From the NCBI RefSeq assembly GCF_026571515.1, contig NW_026860351.1, positions 1 through 64,000 of the forward strand: 64,000 bases of DNA. Reading direction: 5' to 3'. The notes below the pieces were generated by a model. It made no database searches. It had not been told where the DNA came from and saw only the letters and a program-made list of their open reading frames with translations. Source of the stretch: Ruditapes philippinarum. Taxonomy: Eukaryota. Numbering within the stretch: the stretch's first letter is position 1; each line of letters opens with the position of its first letter. This document shows, piece by piece, positions 1-13,470 of this stretch. The position numbers and the translations under genes were made by a program.

Positions 1-960
1 AAAATGTTTTCATGACACCTATAAGAAACATGCTGATAATATCTTAGCCAAAATAGCTATTTGAGTTTTTTAATAGAAGATTTTTTAAGTTTTTAACTAT
101 ACATGCATATAAGGGAAAATCAATGACCCCCGGGGCAGTGCCAATTTTGACCCCAGGGCTTTTATTTGAACAAACTTGGTAGACACTTATTAGAACATGT
201 TTTCATGCTAAATATCTTAGCTCTAACTCTTTTGGTACTTTAAAAAGAAGATTTTTTAAGTTTTTTACTATATGCATATAGGGAAATCAATGACCCATTG
301 GGCGGGGTCAATTTTGACCCCAGGGCTTTTTATTTGAACAAACTTGGTAGACACCTTTTAGAACATGTTTTGATGCTCAATATCTTAGCTCTATACTCTT
401 TGAGTTCTTTAAAAGAAGATTTTTTGAGTTTTACTATATGCATATAGGGAAAATCAATGACCCCCCGGGGCGGGGCCAATTTTGACCCCAGGGCTTTTAT
501 TTGAACAAACTTGGTAGACACCCATTATAACATGTTTCATGCTAAATATCTTAGCTCTAACTCTTTTGGGTTCTTTAAAAGAAGATTTTTTAAGTTTTTA
601 CTATTATGCATATAGGGTAAATCAATGACCCCCTGGGGCGGGGCCAATTTTGACCCAGGGCTTTTATTTTGAACAAACTTGGTAGACACTTACTAGAAGA
701 TGTTTCATGCCAAATATCTAAGCTCTAGCTCTTATTGTTTTTCAAAAGAAGATATTTAAAGTTTTTTCTATCGGTTGCCATGGCAACCAGAGTTCTGCAT
801 GGAATTAAATTCTTTGAACAATTTTTAAAGGTGACCACCAAAGGAACATTCCTATTAAAGTAAAAGTTTACGGACGGACGACGGACGGACGACGGACGGA
901 CGCCGGACGAAAAGCGATCACAAAAGCTCACCCTGTCACTTTGTGACAGGTGAGCTAAAA
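1..960 (+). mobile_element. Non-autonomous helentron-associated (HINE/CvA-pearl-like) element, 3' part, with ~167-bp internal tandem repeats
   Basis: Unit AAATCAATGACCCC..GGGGC..CAATTTTGACCCCAGGG recurs at ~117, 284, 451 and 619. It is followed by a GACG/CGGA microsatellite (870-910) and a terminal hairpin AGCTCACCCTGTCAC-ttt-GTGACAGGTGAGCT, then an A-run. Confidence 0.8.
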
Positions 961-1598
961 AAAGACAACATTTTTTTGGATAAAAATTCTAAGTTCAAGT
1001 GCGGTAATACTGATAATTTTTGTGCTAGAGTTGTAAACCTTGTCACATATGATGTGGTTGATGGCCAGAAACTTATATTTAAAGTTTGAAGTAAACACCT
1101 TAAGAAATAAAGAACTTATAGTGAAAAAGCTGAAAAATTTATATCAGAAATCTTGAAATTCAGGCTATTTGTTGCCAAGGCAACCAGAATTTTCAACATA
1201 GGAAGAAAAGAAAAAGATGTGCATAATCTCCAGACTGCCATCTACCTACCCATATTTCAAGTTTTATAAAAATATTTTCAGTACTTTTTGAGTTATCACT
1301 GGATCAGTTTATGTGTTAAATTTGCCATATTTTCAGACTATATGTTGCCATAGCAACCAGAATTTTCAACATAGGAAGAAAAAAAAGACGTGCATGATGT
1401 CCATACTGCTATCTATCCATATATCAAGTTTCATAAAAATATTTTCAGTACTTTTTGCGTTATTGCGGGATCCAGTTTTGTGGATGGAAGGACTGACGGA
1501 CTGACAGACAGACTGACAGACGGACAGACAGACAGACAGACAGACGGACGGAGGGTAAACCTGAAGTCCCCTCCGGTTAAACCGGTAGGGGACTAAAA
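961..1598 (+). mobile_element. Second HINE-like element of a different family
   Basis: Two degenerate ~175-bp units (GTTGCCA..GCAACCAGAATTTTCAACATAGGAAGAAAA at ~1171 and ~1344), a GACA/GACG microsatellite at 1490-1550, and a terminal hairpin AGTCCCCTCCGGTT/AACCGGTAGGGGACT at 1565-1594 plus an A-run. Confidence 0.7.
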
Positions 1599-3330
1599 AG
1601 ATGGCAATGTGATAAATAACGTAATCCAGTAGAAAGAAAAAAAAGATTAAAGTAAAATATTACATTTTAAAACTAAAATTCTATGTTGAAAAACATGTCT
1701 TTAGAAGATTATTGGTAACATACAGAAGCACAAAACCGTGTTGGTAAAAACATGTCCCCTGCCCAGATTATTGTCAGTAACAAATTTTCAAAAGGTTTAC
1801 CTATTTACTCACCTTATAATATTATAGACAGAAATTTGCAAAAAAACACAGTAGATATAACATGACTGAATTATGACTTTTATTGTTTGTAAAAATATAA
1901 GTTAGCATGTTAAAACAATTTTTGTGTTTAAGTGCTAAAAAATTATTACATTTGGGAATAATGGGAAACATACTTAAATGCCAAGATCACATATTTTTAT
2001 TTATTAGTAAGTGCGAAAATTGTGAAGCAATTCGTACAGGTAAACTAAAGATAAATCCAACTTACTTGTTTAGGATTTACAATAATTATTACGGACAGAC
2101 GGAAGTAGAGCAAAACAACTTTATTTTCAAGTGGTATTTTTTCATAGTAAAAATAGACTCAACCACTTTATGAAAGTGTTAACTTTATATGACATAATCA
2201 TTCAAAATAAAGTAATACATGCTAAAAGAACTATCGACATAGAAATTAAAGTAACTAAAATATATGACAAACTATTTTAAACTTGAGGTAGATGTTGATC
2301 ACAGGTAAATCTCATATAGTTCCTTGTTAGCCATCACGGTATTTGAACATATGTAATATTTATTTTGTAAATGACTATCGGCCAGTCTTAACAATACTTA
2401 AAATTCAATTAACAAATCTAAGCTTAAAGTTAATATAAACAGGTGGTGTATAATATTTAATTTCCTTCCATTATGGTGTCCAGATTTTTTAAGATATTAC
2501 CTCATAGATAGCAGTTGGGGTCTTCTGAGTAACAGTGAAGTCCTACATAGAGAAACAACTGAAAATAGAAAAATAAATCTATATTCACAATTCAAAATTA
2601 ATAATAAATAGGACATTAAGATTCAAATATGATTAAAAATCAGCTCTCTTAATAATGCTCCGACTGGTTTTAGATCTGATCGTGACCAAATGCGAAATCA
2701 TTTCTGGTAAGCTTTCACACAGACAATTATAGGCGATCTATTTTATAATTTTGAAAGCAAAGTGGTTTCTATTTTTAACCCTAGGAAACCAAAACTAAGT
2801 AGGTTATTTTCTCGTAATTTTCACGATTCCGAGAGCAAACATGGCGTTGTCCATATAGCCGAATGGTAAAGTGGCAAAAAACACAATCTCGACCATTAAA
2901 ATTGACTCTATTATTGCAAGTTGATTTGTTAAAAAAATTACTTTAAACAATTTTTACTAACAACAATTTGTTTAACTACCATGGATAACGGTATTTTTTA
3001 TACTTCTATTGCCTATGTAAAAACTGGTTTGATATTATTAAATTACATGACTTAAATAGCTTTCTTGGGAAATCCGAATTACAAAAAGCATACTTCACCA
3101 AGTCGAAAAGACGTGTTTGAAGAGTCAATCCATTCCCTTCCATAGTTATGGAGCTACCAGCTTACACGCAAAAATTTTAACAAGAATTTCTAAGTCAAAC
3201 AAGTTATAGGACTTGTGCCATTAATGTTATATAATCACAGAGAAGAAGCGTGTGAAGTGTCAATCCATTCCCTTCAGTAACAATGGAGACAGTGAGCTTC
3301 CATACAAAAACTTAACCAAGAATTTCTAAT

Positions 3331-5181
3331 TAACAAGAGGGACATCACTCACCTGTATATACAAGCTCTACGTGATAAAGAACAAGTACTATTGTAAACA
3401 AAAAACAAAAGCAGATATGCAATCTAAATCTTAAACTGGTATCACAAAGTTCATATTTGTATCTGAAATAGTGCATGTGTAAAAACCTTACTGGTTGCTA
3501 TTGTTATGGCAAAACCACAGTTCAAAAAGATGTGCACATATAAGGAAAATCAATGACCCCCCCCCCCAGGGGCAGGGCCAGTTTTGACCAAAAGGTTTTT
3601 ATTTAACCAAATTTGGTAGACACTCACAGGAAGTTGCTTCATGCTTATCAGGGATTATTTTTAGCTTGTTTCGGTCATATTTCAATTGAAAATAGTATAT
3701 TATTTTCCCAATCCACAGGGAAAAATTCCCAATTGAAAGTAACAAAATAAAAATATTGAATAAAAAACTTTAAAATCTTTGAAAATATAGGCTTCTTCCA
3801 TGTTTGAAGATGCTATCCTAGACAGTGATTGTTTGCATTCTAGCTCTAGCTATTTCTTTTTTTTTAAGATGATTTTTTTTAGTTTTTACTAAATACATAT
3901 AAGGCAAATCAATAAAACCCTGGGGCGGGGAAAATTTTGACCCTAGGGCATTTATTTGACGTAACTGTAGATATTCACTAGAAGTTGTTTCATGCTAAAT
4001 ATATTAGCTCCAGATCTTTGGGTTTTTTAAAGATGATTTTTAAGTTTTTACCATATACATATAAGGAAAATTAATGACACCCATGGGGCTGGGCCAATTT
4101 TGACCCTAGGTCTTTTATTTGAAAACAATGGTAGGCACTCACGAGAAGATGGTTCATGCAAAATATCTAAGCACTAGCTCTTTTTTTAAAGATTTTTGTT
4201 GTTGGTGTATTTACTGTATACATATAATGAAATCAATGACCAATTTTGAACCCAGGGCTTTTATTTGAACAAACTTGGTAGACACTTACTAGATGATGTT
4301 TCATGCTTAATATCTCAGTTCTAGCTATTTTCGTTCTTTTAAAGATTTTTCTAAGATTTTTACTATATACATATATACAGAACTTCAATGACCCCCGGGG
4401 CCGGGCCAATTTTTACCCCAGGGTTTTATTTTTTAACAAACTTGGTAGACAAACACTAAAAGTTGTTTCATGCTAAATATATAAACTTTAGCTCTTTGGT
4501 TTTTTTTACAAGATTTTATAAGTTTTTACTATATTATACATATTAGGAAAATCAATGACCCCCGGGGCGGACAAAATTTTGACCCCAGAGCTTTTATTTG
4601 AACAAACTTGGTAAACACCCATTAGAAGATGTTTCATGCTTCATATCTTAGCTCTTGCTTTTTGGGATTTCTAAAAGGATATTTTTCTTAAATTTTTACT
4701 ATATACATATAAGGAATATCAATGACCCCCCCCCCAGGGCGAAGCAAATTATGATCCCAGGGATTTTGTTTTAACACACTTGGTAGACACTGACTACATG
4801 CTGTTTTATGTAAAATATTTAAGATCTTACTCATTTGGTTTTTTAAAAGAAGATTATTTTAAGTTTTTTACTATATATCTATAATAAGGAATAAAAAATG
4901 ACCCCAGGGGCGAGGCCAATTTTGACCCCAGGGGTTTTATTCGAACAAACTAGGTAGGCACTGGCAAGATGATGTTTCATGACAAATATTTCAGCTCTAG
5001 CTCTTTTGGTTTTAAAAAGAAGATTTTTTTTCAAGTTTTTATTTCGGTTGCCATGGCAACCAGAGTTCTACATGAAAAAAAAAAATTGAACAATTTTTAA
5101 AGTTGACTAGCAAAGGAACATTCCTATGAAGTTTGGATGAAATTGGTTAAGGGGTTTAGGAGATGTCGTTTAAAGTAAAAG
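3331..5181 (+). mobile_element. HINE/satellite element of the same family as 1-960; about 9 diverged ~170-bp units, 3' end truncated
   Basis: Starts AACAAGAGG; the same AATCAATGACCCC units run from 3547 to 5060; same GGTTGCCATGGCAACCAGAGTTCT tail; no microsatellite or hairpin end. Confidence 0.75.
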
Positions 5182-6062
5182 TGAGTCAGAATGGGCCTTT
5201 AAAGAAGCATAAAATGTAAGATACAAGCCAATGAGCGTTCTCAAGGTCTCACAATACACATTGAACAGAACAGTAATCACTCTTACTAGAAGTAGGGTAA
5301 TATTAGTATTATATTACAGCCTTGCATCGGTTTAAGTCTGTAATTTTCTGGAAATATACTCAGTACACAATAAAATTTTGTACATGGAAATGCAACAGAA
5401 GTCACCATTTGATATGTAGATTCAATAATTTTGTGAGGACCCGCAGACCCCACCCCTCCAAAAGATATTTACCCCACTCCCTATTAAAATTTGTTTAAAT
5501 TTATATATGGAATATCTAGAGCTACTATATTTCAGTTGATTCTTTAAAATTTGACACCCATTTAAAATTAATTATAAGGATAAATTAGATCTACATAATT
5601 TCCTATAAATGCATATATTATAAGGATATTATTTCATGATAAACTTCCATTGACTTCAGGCTGATAAAATTATACATCTACAGGGGCTTATTAGTCTGTT
5701 CACGCTATACATGTAAAGTACTGTACTATTTCTGAAGATTAAAAAACTATGAAGTTCAATATTAAGAAAAAAGATCAATTTATTGTTGATGCATTAAAAT
5801 ATAATAATCTGTAATCATTAAAATGTGCTCAGTTCAAAATATTATTTATGTAAAGAAAATAAAATATATAAGAAAATAACTTACTTTTTAAATAATGAAA
5901 TATAAGTCTATCCTAAACACTTCCAGAAGATAATCCCAGTTGTCCAAATATGTTAAGTATCTGATTCATAATAAAGAAATGATGTCTATTTCACCTGTCA
6001 ATTGTCTCATAATCTATTTATAAATTGTTTCTCCATGTTCATTTAAGGTTACTGAGTACATT

Positions 6063-8650
6063 TTACTTCAAGTTTGTTGTTGTTTTGAACTCAAACCCGT
6101 ACACTCCTGACGTCAAGGTGTCATCATAGGTGACCACAAAATCGTCTGATTGTTTTAAAAATGTTTTAAACTTTTTAAATTCTGTTTCTGGTTTTATATC
6201 ACAACCTCCCATATATACTGTCACTGTATGTGGTAGTTTGTTTATAACAGTAATGAGATCATGTAACACTGAACAAGACATTGTTATATATACAAGATAA
6301 CACGTTCAATATTGATCATTTGAGGTGACAGTGTTAATGATCTTTCACCTAGATTGATTCCCTGTAACCTAACAACTTTCAAATGATGTAACAATGGTAA
6401 TGTTTGTACCATTGTTTCTATGTCACTGGAAGATTCTAGAAAACTACACCTAAATGTTTGTAGTTTACTGGCTGATGGTAGTTGACTGAGATAAGATGAC
6501 ACAACACCAGGTTTATATAATTTACCTACATCACATTCCTCTAACAACGATACATCCATGTTTAATTGTGACACAGGTATCAGGCCAAATCCTAAACATC
6601 TTAGTTGTGAATGTTGAGACAGGTCAAGGTTGAATCCCCTACATGAAGTATTCTTGTGATCACTACAGTATAACCTGTACAATCTTATTTCTTTCATTGA
6701 TTTTTTACTAGTGAGGAAATTTAACAATGTCTCCATTACCTCGTGGGTCATAGTGAAACCTTGTATATGTAAATACTCCAGGTGTTGTAATTTTACCAGT
6801 CGTCCATTTATCTCTGCAGACAGCGGGCAACGTCTTCCTACAAATTTATGATTTTCCCATTTACTTGATATCACAGTTAAACATTTTAAAGGGTTCAATA
6901 ACAAGCTCATTATTTCCTCTTCTACAATTTCTCCTTTATAGTATAATTTCTCTATATGTGGAAGGTCAGAGAGTGTAAACAAATTGATAATTTCTTGTAG
7001 ACTACAAATACCTTTATTTTCTATCATTATTGATTTTATGTTTTCTTTATTTTGTTGACCCAACTGTTGTAATTGGTTGAAGTAGTTTTCTTGTTGACAG
7101 TTTTCATTAATGATGAAATCTTGTAAACACAATTTGAGGTCTTTGTTTTCCTTTCTTTCTTTGGCACAAGAAATGTACATGTCTTGTATGTCTTCTAATG
7201 GCTTAATTTGCATGTAATCAGTATAACTTGCCATAGTTCTGTATTTGATTGTTATTTCATCATTGTTTATCACAGGCATTAAATCACTTGATATTGCAGA
7301 CATTAATTTAGGGTTCATGTTACTGATGAAGACAAACACTTTTGACATGTCTAGAATATTTTGTAAACACTGGCACTCTTCAAAAAGGATTCTCTGGACT
7401 TCACATGTATTTTGAAAACTTATAAATATAGCTGAAAAGTATTCTTGCACTGTTTTATGTGAAAATGAGATTTTAGAACTTTCATTTATTAATGTTTTTA
7501 CTTTACTTTCTGATAATATTCCTGATAGACAGCTTGATTTCAAATCTTCTTGGTTAAGATATTTGTCAGCAACATTTTCATCAAAAACTAATTTGTGCTC
7601 CTTTGTCTTACTGAACAATGTATAAAAAGCTAGTTTCCCAATGGTCAACAGAAACGTGTAGTAACTACAGAAATGTTTATGATTTCTGAAACATTCAGGG
7701 ACGTAACTCGGAGAATTTGTACATGCTGAATGAAACTTTTCATGCAACTTTTCTGTTCTAGATAGAAGGAGCTGAATAATGCCTGTATTAAACTCTACTG
7801 CTGAATTTCCTATTGGATTTTTTTCAACCCATAAATATATAAGATAGAGTAGTAGCAGAGAGGTGGATTCCATATCTTTAAGGTCATGGTCACTGATTGC
7901 GTCTTCAAATTTGCACACTTCATTTTTCAGTTCACTATCTTTTAAGTTCTTATTCAATATTTTCATTGCGTTGCTCTTAAATTGCCTGATATTGTCTTTA
8001 TTTAGTTTAACTAGCTCTACTGTTCCGCCTATTTGATTCAAGTTTGACATTCCAAGCTTCCATGGCCGAGTCGTTGTTAAGATTACACACTTTCCACGTG
8101 CATATCGATGTGGAATAGTTTTAGGAAGTCTTGAACAATCGTTGTCAGGATGAGTCCATTCATCTAGTCCATCTAATATCACAATACATTTTTTATCATT
8201 TAGAATGTCCTTTAGTAGACCTTCTGGCATTGAAGATGAGCAAGGGAGATTTTGTATGAGTTGTTCTTCAATCATGCCGTCAACATCACATACTTTAGCT
8301 GAATCTCTCAAAAGCACTAGAAATAAAAACTCAAAGCAAGATAACGCCTTCAACTATTCTTCTTTAAAATGCTTATAATTTTCATCCTTTTGATGAGCTT
8401 GACACCACGTCAATGCGAGATATTTTGAAAATGCTGATTTCCTGTGAAATCTTTCTACCCGATATAAACAGGTCCTGTAACGACTTGACTCTAATTGTTT
8501 CTTTCCCTCCACCAGCCTGATAAGTCAGTATGTCTATTTCTGGCATAATGTAGAATCCGGTTAGAGGGGTAGGGACAGCATCTGTGAGTGTTGAAAGAGA
8601 AACTGTACTCTGATTGGTTTTGTACCATGTAAATAGTTCATTCTTCAGTT
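6063..8650 (-). pseudogene. NACHT-domain NLR-like protein (NACHT, helical/winged-helix, degenerate LRR-like C-terminus), disrupted large exon
   Basis: Walker B CIVILDGLDEW, sensor VILTTTRP and winged-helix FSHKTVQEYFSA. Splice acceptor TTCAG at 8651-8655. Three lesions: a frameshift at ~8435 where Walker A should be, an in-frame TAG at 8354-8356, and a frameshift in a TA run at ~6283-6292. Confidence 0.85.
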
Positions 8651-9829
8651 CTGAAATCATGGAAATAATGAAGTAAAATAATGAAGAAATTAAATACAAA
8701 ATCTTCTTTTAGGTTCTTCCTCATATACTTGTACTCACAACAATAAAATAAATAGAACACTCGGAAGAAAATACAAATTGATGAAATCTGCATGTGTTCT
8801 TCTGCAAACTTTTAAATTTATATTAGCAGACGAACACATATGTCATTTAAAAACTCATACAAAATATTTTTAGAATACCTCTTTGTTGTTGCATCTCTCT
8901 TGGTTTGTTTTATCAATTCTATTTGAATCTTACAAATTCATGAAAATATACAGTAAATAAGCTGTTCTAGACAACCAGCTGCTGTCAATGCTACAGTACT
9001 CAGTAGGGACAGTAAATATGAAATATGCACTGGATGAACTGTAATAAACATTAATCTAAAAATAGACTTTCATCTGACACTGGTGAAGAAACAAAGAAAT
9101 AGCTTTTGAAAAGATACACTGCCTTGTAAAAAATAAAATGTTTCAGGGTCGCTTTTAAATTTCATACTGCATGTTTACATAATTACAGGATTGAATATGT
9201 TTACCCCTCACTGGGCGTAGTAGGAGGGGCATATAGTTTTGCCATTATCTGTCGGTCCGTTACTGCAGATTTTAACAACAAAATAGAGAATAAAACATAA
9301 TTGAAGAAAAGGCAATCTCCCGAAATCACAGCCGCTAGTTACATAATAAAATATTTTACATAATCGGCCTATATACATGTATATTAAGATTAAAGTATAT
9401 AGCCCATATACATAGAACATATAAAAAAAAGTTTGTTTCAAGCAACTGTGTCCGGAATATAAGTTTTTCACAGTCTATATATGTTATATGCAGTGAGCAA
9501 TACATAATATTATTACATATATGTGAATCGCCAATATTAATATAAGTTCTGATCTGGGTATCATTATTTACCTAAAATATTTCATTTCATACAGAAATAG
9601 CTTTCATACTTGTAATTACCGGCGCTTGTAAACAATAGTTTCATTTTTTAAAAACAAGAGGCACAAGTTATTTATTCCAAGTGTTTTCAAAATTGCTACC
9701 ATTGTTAATTACCATATATGACCTATCTTTAATAAATCATTTTAATACAAAGAGCAACCTGAGAGAAATTATAATTTCAAGCAATTATAACAATTTTTCC
9801 CTCAGCAAAAGTAAAATGCCCATTTCTAT

Positions 9830-10440
9830 ACAAAGACGCCACCACATATCAAAAACATACCATCACATATCAAGACGACATTACTATATATCTTACTAAC
9901 AGCCCCACAAATGTCAGTATTTATCTAAACCACAAATCAATAACTGAAAACCACAGACCATTTATCAAAACTACAGTACAATTCATAAAAAAGCAGTACC
10001 ATCTATCAAAGTGTCACATGGTGAGAAAAATGAGCTGCCTGCCCGGGACTCGAACCCGGTACTCTCGGAAAAAGTTGAATTGTCTCGGACGTATTCGTGA
10101 ATTTCTACTAACGGAACCATTCGATACAAAACGATAGCAGGTGATAACAGGCGCCACGGAAACAAACGACATTTAACGCATGCGCGAACATTAAGTATAA
10201 TTTTGCCACGCCTAATTGACAAACAGCGCATGCAACATGAACACTAAACGTAACAAATAAATCGACTCGTGACAAAAACAGCACTATCTATCAAACGGCA
10301 TTAACAGCTATAAAAATCACATCACATCGCACCATCTATTAAAACCACAGCACCATCAATCAAAACGCTATTGCAATTTATCAAAACTACAGCACCATAA
10401 ATTTCAGAGCCACAACACCATTTTTTAAAACTACACACCC
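9830..10440. repeat. Degenerate ~21-bp minisatellite (ACCATCTATCAAAACCACAGC-like) interrupted by a tRNA-derived SINE fragment at ~10011-10066 (-)
   Basis: Recurrent ACCAT.TATCAAAAC.ACAG motifs; minus-strand B-box GGTTCGAGTCCCGG followed by CATTTTTCTCACCATGTGACAC. Confidence 0.55.
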
Positions 10441-11470
10441 ATATGTTTCAAAAGGAAATCACTGCAAGTATTTTATATAGTAGGCAGGTATGGACTTTCT
10501 ATTGCCATTTGTTTGAAGATGATGTAAAAATAAAAATATGAGATATATAATGTATGGTATGAACATAATCAAATCACTATAGAAAATAATTAATTTATTT
10601 AAATGCAAATTATGCCTTAGAAATCCATATTTCTTAAATTCTTTAGAAATGTCAAACATGTGTTTAATAATGTTTTGGTAATAGGCTTACAGTATGTATA
10701 ATGTTTATCTACCAAATAAATAGCGCTGAACATGTAGTAATTTGTCATAAAAGAAGCGAAATGTAAAACAATGCTGTATTTTGACTTCCATAAAAAATTC
10801 TATTTAGAAAAATTGTAACACCTTATTTTTTTGGAAGGTATAAAGATGCCAAAAATAAAACAATTCTTGAGAAATAAATGGAAGGAAAATAAAACAGGAC
10901 CTGGGACATCTATGATAATTGTATATATATATAATTATATTGTTTTAAACACAAAATTAACACGTTGCTCTGATGTCAAAGTAAGAAATAGTTTGTTCTT
11001 CATTAAATAGTGCGTCATTAGTCATATTAAACCCTCACAATAGTAATTAATTGTAACGGTCCTATCGCATTTAGAGTCACATTTTTGGGTGAATATTTTT
11101 GGCAAGCAGTAAACGAAAAAAAAATGGCGGCGAACGAAAATGAGTTACATCTGGGCACATTTATGTTGTTTTACAAAAACGCAACAGTGCGTACGTACCC
11201 TATAAAATTGCGTTTTAGCGGAGACAAAAGATTAAAATCATGACACCGCCATTTTGTTTTGTATTTAACCATTATGTATTACAGAAATTAATTCAAATGG
11301 ACGGAGATTATGAATTCCATGTGTTATCTGTGATTGCTGTTCTAAATTGATCGTCAAGTCCACTTTAATGCAAATTTGCCTTAAAAATAATGATGATAAT
11401 AATACTACAAGTAATAACAATTTATCCGACATTTCACCATGAAATGTGTATAAATAAACCAAATTCTATT

Positions 11471-11687
11471 AAAATATGACGTATTGATTATTAAAAGAAG
11501 AAAGAAAAAACACCTGCGATTGTTACTATAAAGTCAATAAAAATATATTGTATACAATATAGTCACAATGAACACGCGCGAAAAATATGACGTATTGAGT
11601 ATAAAAAAAGAAAAACACCTGCGATTGTTACTATAAAGTCAATAAAAATATATTGTATACAATGCAGTTACAATGAACACGCGCGAA
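11471..11687. repeat. Tandem duplication of ~110 bp
   Basis: AAAATATGACGTATTGA...GAACACGCGCGAA occurs twice, head to tail. Confidence 0.85.
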
Positions 11688-13402
11688 GTTAAAATAAGTG
11701 ATGGGCTAGGTCTTTTATAGAGTTACCGAATCTAATTGATTCTTTTCATATACATATTATTACCTCCCCTGGCCGCGCCATTTTGAGGGTCATTCTCAAT
11801 ATATATCATATGATTAAGATAAGAAAAAAAATCTGACATACTACTGTCATCTTCTTATAAACTGATAAACATCTTATACATATTCAATTTGGTGCTATAA
11901 TAATATTTTCCTTTATATGTATTAAAGCATTTGACAATTGACCAAAATTAGCTGTTTATTTCGATGTTTTCATATTGTGTCAATCCAATTGTCTGCCACT
12001 TTTGGTAAGGGAGGTAAGTAATGTAAATTTGGGAATTATCTATTTATCTGTAAAATTTATCATGGATGAAATGTGTTCCTCGAATGTGGCGCTGGATTTA
12101 AATGAAACGTAACTACATCGCGAAATAATAGCTCGTAAAGTGTCAGTCGAACCCCCGTGTTGAATTAATTAAAACACATACGCTAGAATGAAAAATTATA
12201 ACGATTTGAATATATTTTGCCGACTCTTTGTCATCCGGAACATCTTTTTAAAATCTTGTTTATTCTTCGATATATTTAAATGTAAACAAAGCAATATCAT
12301 GAACGTTTTTTACGTTACAAGTGACAGTGCCATTTTTTATTGAACATCCTAATGAAATGTCAAAATTTTGTGACTAGAAGAGAGGTCATACAGGCGGCAT
12401 CCATTTAGATGAAAAAACACTGAACAACATGCGGTTAAAATTTGACATGTCCACATGGTTGGTTTGTATGTACAATATAAGTAATCAGCAAATAAATAAG
12501 TGTACATTTAGCTTTTATATCTGACATGAGTTTGGTCATTTTCAACTCGATATACATGTAATTCTTCATTTAATTAGATAAAATAGTTTCAACATTTCCG
12601 AACATTTACTTGTTACTCGTTTATTGATAAACTGTTTTTAAGAATAAAAAAATTCCCTTACCGAAGTATTCCAGAACGGATCATTATTATTCATTGTCAT
12701 TTTCTTTTATGTCAATAGAAAAAAAAGAGTTTAATAAGAAGGAATCTGAAAAAGGCATACATTTCGGTTTAAGTTTTCACAAAAGGCGAGCGTCCATTTT
12801 TCGCTGGTGACGTAAATGATATTACTAATTTTTAAGTAAGGAAACATAAAAAATGGACGCATTCAGTTCAGTCAGAAACGTCGTTTACTTTGCAATTTAC
12901 AAATACATGTACATTCAGAGAATATAATAAAACCATTGTCACTCGAACCTATTCAAACTGGAATCATAACACTGGGCCACTGTTTAACAGATATGTTGCT
13001 TTTGTTTAAATGTTGATACACATTTATGTAGTTTTTATTTGTTTGGGTCATCAGACCAAACAAATAATGGTAGCGAAATTTCAGACTCTAATGCTGTTAA
13101 TTGCAAGTGCCGAAAGTATTCCGCTTTTTTGAAACGGTTACTTCTCTTTATATGTAACACTTAGGCCGAAAAATTTAGGGAATATCACTGCGTAAATATG
13201 GTAACATGACAGGCGGATTAATTTTCAAGCAAAATAATTCCCGAATGGTCGAAGATTTCTCATATTGTTTTATTCTTTATAGATATACATGCTTATATAT
13301 AGTAAGCGCCATGATTATGTACACAAGTGTTAAACAACAGTTAGCGTCGTTACAAACCCTAACAAGAATAATATGGTTTTCTTCAGGCCGTTAACATATA
13401 AA

Positions 13403-13470
13403 TTCACCGTGGCCGAGGGGTTTGCCCGCTCGCTTAGGAAGCGAGAGGTCTGGAATTCCCAGTTAAGGTA
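13403..13470 (+). pseudogene. tRNA-Pro(AGG)-like degenerate sequence or SINE head
   Basis: A-box-like GTGGCCGAGGGG; perfect anticodon arm CTCGC-TTAGGAA-GCGAG followed by AGGTC; T-arm damaged; downstream T-run. Confidence 0.55.

Noticed and set aside
2501-2558. Possible small terminal exon of the NLR-like gene (and a mini-exon near 8879-8928)
   Set aside because: Supported only by splice-like dinucleotides; needs transcript data.
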